From NCBI GenBank assembly GCA_964494655.1, contig CAZBRM010000006.1:1-39689 (forward strand): a DNA stretch of 39,689 bases, in the 5' to 3' direction. This DNA is from an uncultured Candidatus Saccharibacteria bacterium (GTDB lineage Bacteria; Patescibacteriota; Minisyncoccia; Portnoybacterales; UBA2143). A program made the position numbers and the translations under genes. The notes beneath the pieces are model-generated. The model worked only from the letters and a program-made list of their open reading frames with translations. It ran no database searches and was not told the origin of the DNA. Position 1 is the stretch's first letter. Every line of letters begins with the position of its first letter. Shown here one piece after another: positions 37,715 to 39,689 of the stretch.

Positions 37715-37752
37715 TGGCGGTGGCGATGTCCGGAAGTTTGAACCGGTATTCG
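37715..37752 (-). other. Putative att site (degenerate tRNA 3' end)
   Basis: Minus strand CCGG-TTCAAACT-TCCGG...CACCGCCA: T-loop-like hairpin and CCA end, located at the base-composition switch. Confidence 0.45.
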
Positions 37753-37888
37753 CCTTAAAGGCCTTATCTTATGGCCGTATTGATAAAATTATACGCCGTT
37801 TAAGGTTATTTTACAAGGAAAATCCAGCCTCCTTTGAGGTTCCGGCTTTTGCTCAAAAAGTCTACTAATTCAAAACTGCTTAATTTAG

Positions 37889-38107
37889 CTAAAAAGCGTC
37901 ACCCTTCATATCCACTTCCTCAATCAGCTTCCTTTCCTTAAGGTATCGGCTGACAGCATACCAAGCCGAGTTTATGATCGGTATTAGTAGTGTCCATCGA
38001 GGATCATTCTCTACATAGGCCAAAATGATCGGTAGAATTGCCGATACTCCGGAATAAAGAAAAACGATCGCTAGGTGCTTTAAAGCTTCTTTTTGTGGTG
38101 TTGTCAT
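37889..38107 (-). CDS. Putative holin
   Basis: 72 aa, two hydrophobic helices, charged C-terminal tail, directly after the endolysin. Confidence 0.68.
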   Translation of the reverse strand: MTTPQKEALKHLAIVFLYSGVSAILPIILAYVENDPRWTLLIPIINSAWYAVSRYLKERKLIEEVDMKGDAF

Positions 38108-38113
38108 AGTGGT

Positions 38114-38683
38114 TTAATAAATTATCTTTTTAATGATTGTCAGTCCTTCCTCAATTTTCCTCACACCCTCCTCGACTGAAGTGTTTGGTGTGTGGCCTCC
38201 AGCAAGGGCAACGAGTTCATCCAATATTCTTTTATCGGTTGCTGGGCAATTCGGCTTTTTGGAATAAATTTCAAAGTGGCCGACAATATGATCACGGTCG
38301 ACCGGAATTTGCCAGCGTTGGCAGATCTCGTGGATCATCATTGCACTCGCTTGTTTCATTGCTTCAGTCCAGATGTCACCCGGCTTTCCATCGTGTTCGA
38401 TCCCGATCGTATAGAGGTTAGGATTAATCTTTGGTTTTATAAACTTCCAAATCGGGGCATCTACACGGCCAGCGTGCCAAGCAGTATCTTCCTCTTTGAC
38501 ATATTGATGCACTTCGCCGTTTTTCCCGATGCCGTAGTGAGCACTTACTTGCGATGCTGGGTTTGTAAACCACGCATCAGTTCCGGCCAGCGTGCCGTCC
38601 ATAATATGAATGACTATCGCTTCCGGTCGATAGCCATTGCGACCAGCCCAGAAGTTGGGAGACTTTTTTTGAATGATGTTCAT
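38114..38683 (-). CDS. N-acetylmuramoyl-L-alanine amidase (Amidase_2), phage endolysin
   Basis: SPNF, IVIH, SAHY.I, AWHAG, IGIEH, IVGH.EI...K..CP (His/His/Cys zinc ligands). Confidence 0.92.
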   Translation of the reverse strand: MNIIQKKSPNFWAGRNGYRPEAIVIHIMDGTLAGTDAWFTNPASQVSAHYGIGKNGEVHQYVKEEDTAWHAGRVDAPIWKFIKPKINPNLYTIGIEHDGKPGDIWTEAMKQASAMMIHEICQRWQIPVDRDHIVGHFEIYSKKPNCPATDKRILDELVALAGGHTPNTSVEEGVRKIEEGLTIIKKIIY

Positions 38684-38687
38684 AGTT

Positions 38688-38915
38688 TTATTTGTTAATG
38701 GTGATTAATAAATTAATCAGAGCCGTGATCAACCCTCCAACTGATGCTGTTGCTAATATCCAAAAGAAACGCTTGAGCCAATCAACATCAGTTCCGACTT
38801 TTGTCAGATCGGTTTTTATATGAACGAGATGATTGTCTTTGATTTCGTTCACCGTCTTTTCTACACGGTCGAGACGCTCATCTTGTATTTTGTTTTGGTA
38901 TGCTGTTCTTTCCAT
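38688..38915 (-). CDS. XhlA-like coiled-coil plus C-terminal TM protein (lysis cassette)
   Basis: 75 aa from ATG 38915: coiled coil, then WLKRFFW and a hydrophobic helix; upstream of the endolysin. Confidence 0.65.
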   Translation of the reverse strand: MERTAYQNKIQDERLDRVEKTVNEIKDNHLVHIKTDLTKVGTDVDWLKRFFWILATASVGGLITALINLLITINK

Positions 38916-38919
38916 AGGA

Positions 38920-39689
38920 TTATTTCGGCACATATACCGAGTCGAATCTGTTGATGAGACCTCTGCCTTCCAATTTTTCCTCGATTCGGTCTTGGATATC
39001 CCGATCACGCCAGAACTTTTCTTTTTCCATGTCGACTGATTTTGCTTTTGCACCGACGAGTCCATACAAGAATTTCACGACTCCTGATGTGTTGTCATCG
39101 GAGAGTTTTCCGGCCGTGGTGTAAAATCTCCCCAACGCAGTGTTTAAGAAGTGGAGTTTATAAGCATTCGCTCGATAGCTGACATTTCCACTTTTATCTT
39201 TATGTTCGTTAACCTCTAACCAGTCACGCAGTCCGGGAATCGCATTCACGAATGGATAGACACGGCTTCCTTCTTTGATCGGCTCACCAGTGAATAGATT
39301 CTGTCCTGTGGCCGCCTCAATCGGGTACTTTAGAATTGGTGATAGTTCACCGACCATGCTCGCCAAGGTTCGCTGTGGACTTCCTTTGTAGAGGCGGTTT
39401 ATATCCTCGACTGGCAGACCGAGACCGTATAGATATTGTGAGAATCCGTTTTTCTCACCAAGTCGGACCGGCAATCCCTCTCTCATGTATGGAGGTAGAT
39501 ATTGGAATTCCTCTTTGGCTTTTTCTTTATCGACTTGAAGGTTGTCTACAAGCTTGCCGATTGAGGCGTACTTACCGGGTTGCTTTACTATTTGCTCGAG
39601 CTGAAGTGGGATGTTGCCACGAGTCCATCGGTAAAACGGCAACAGTCGCTTCATAATGTTTTGCTCGAAAGGTGCGAGTGCTTCCGGTG
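38920..39689 (-). CDS. C-terminal part of a large phage protein (virion/ejection-type), truncated by the window edge
   Basis: Frame is open to the window end (PEALAPFEQNIMKRLLPFYRWTRGNIP); LSP..K.PIE..TG.NLFTG.PI motif of the kind seen in large polyvalent phage proteins. Confidence 0.62.
   Translation of the reverse strand, partial: PEALAPFEQNIMKRLLPFYRWTRGNIPLQLEQIVKQPGKYASIGKLVDNLQVDKEKAKEEFQYLPPYMREGLPVRLGEKNGFSQYLYGLGLPVEDINRLYKGSPQRTLASMVGELSPILKYPIEAATGQNLFTGEPIKEGSRVYPFVNAIPGLRDWLEVNEHKDKSGNVSYRANAYKLHFLNTALGRFYTTAGKLSDDNTSGVVKFLYGLVGAKAKSVDMEKEKFWRDRDIQDRIEEKLEGRGLINRFDSVYVPK

Larger units (their letters stand above)
37715..39689 (-). mobile_element. Prophage end (late/lysis module), continuing beyond the window
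   Basis: Co-oriented virion-type, XhlA-like, amidase and holin genes; visibly higher GC than the host; att-like boundary. Confidence 0.82.

Noticed and set aside
1-39689. Alternative genetic code (TGA as Gly, code 25)
   Set aside because: TGA ends rbfA, murD, a pilin and the GT2 at the expected lengths, and conserved genes are uninterrupted in code 11.

Overview
AT-rich bacterial chromosome segment read in genetic code 11 (TGA is used as a stop). The gene content points to a Patescibacteria/CPR, probably Parcubacteria-type, genome; this is an inference from the shortened infB, S1 and valS, an orphan gyrA, a TrbC/VirB2-type pilin array, VanW, PrsW and short GC-rich palindromes. The window holds about 37 CDSs (rbfA, infB, murD, murC, rplS, RluA/RluD family, ftsH, rpsA-like, gyrA, valS, tsaD, recG, Hsp20 and others) and 11 tRNA genes, including the rare Ile(UAU) and Arg(GCG). 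The last ~2 kb is GC-richer and is the end of a prophage: a large virion-type protein, an XhlA-like protein, an amidase endolysin and a holin, bounded by a tRNA-3'-like att site. Other points of note: an ASCH-like plus remodelled shikimate-dehydrogenase operon; a DnaA paralogue lacking domains I/II and the arginine finger; tRNAs set 2-7 nt from CDSs; leaderless-looking core genes versus boxA-like plus Shine-Dalgarno leaders on orphan genes; and a 15-bp palindrome family inserted in frame in recG and the pseudouridine synthase. All calls come from motif reading by eye; no database search was run.
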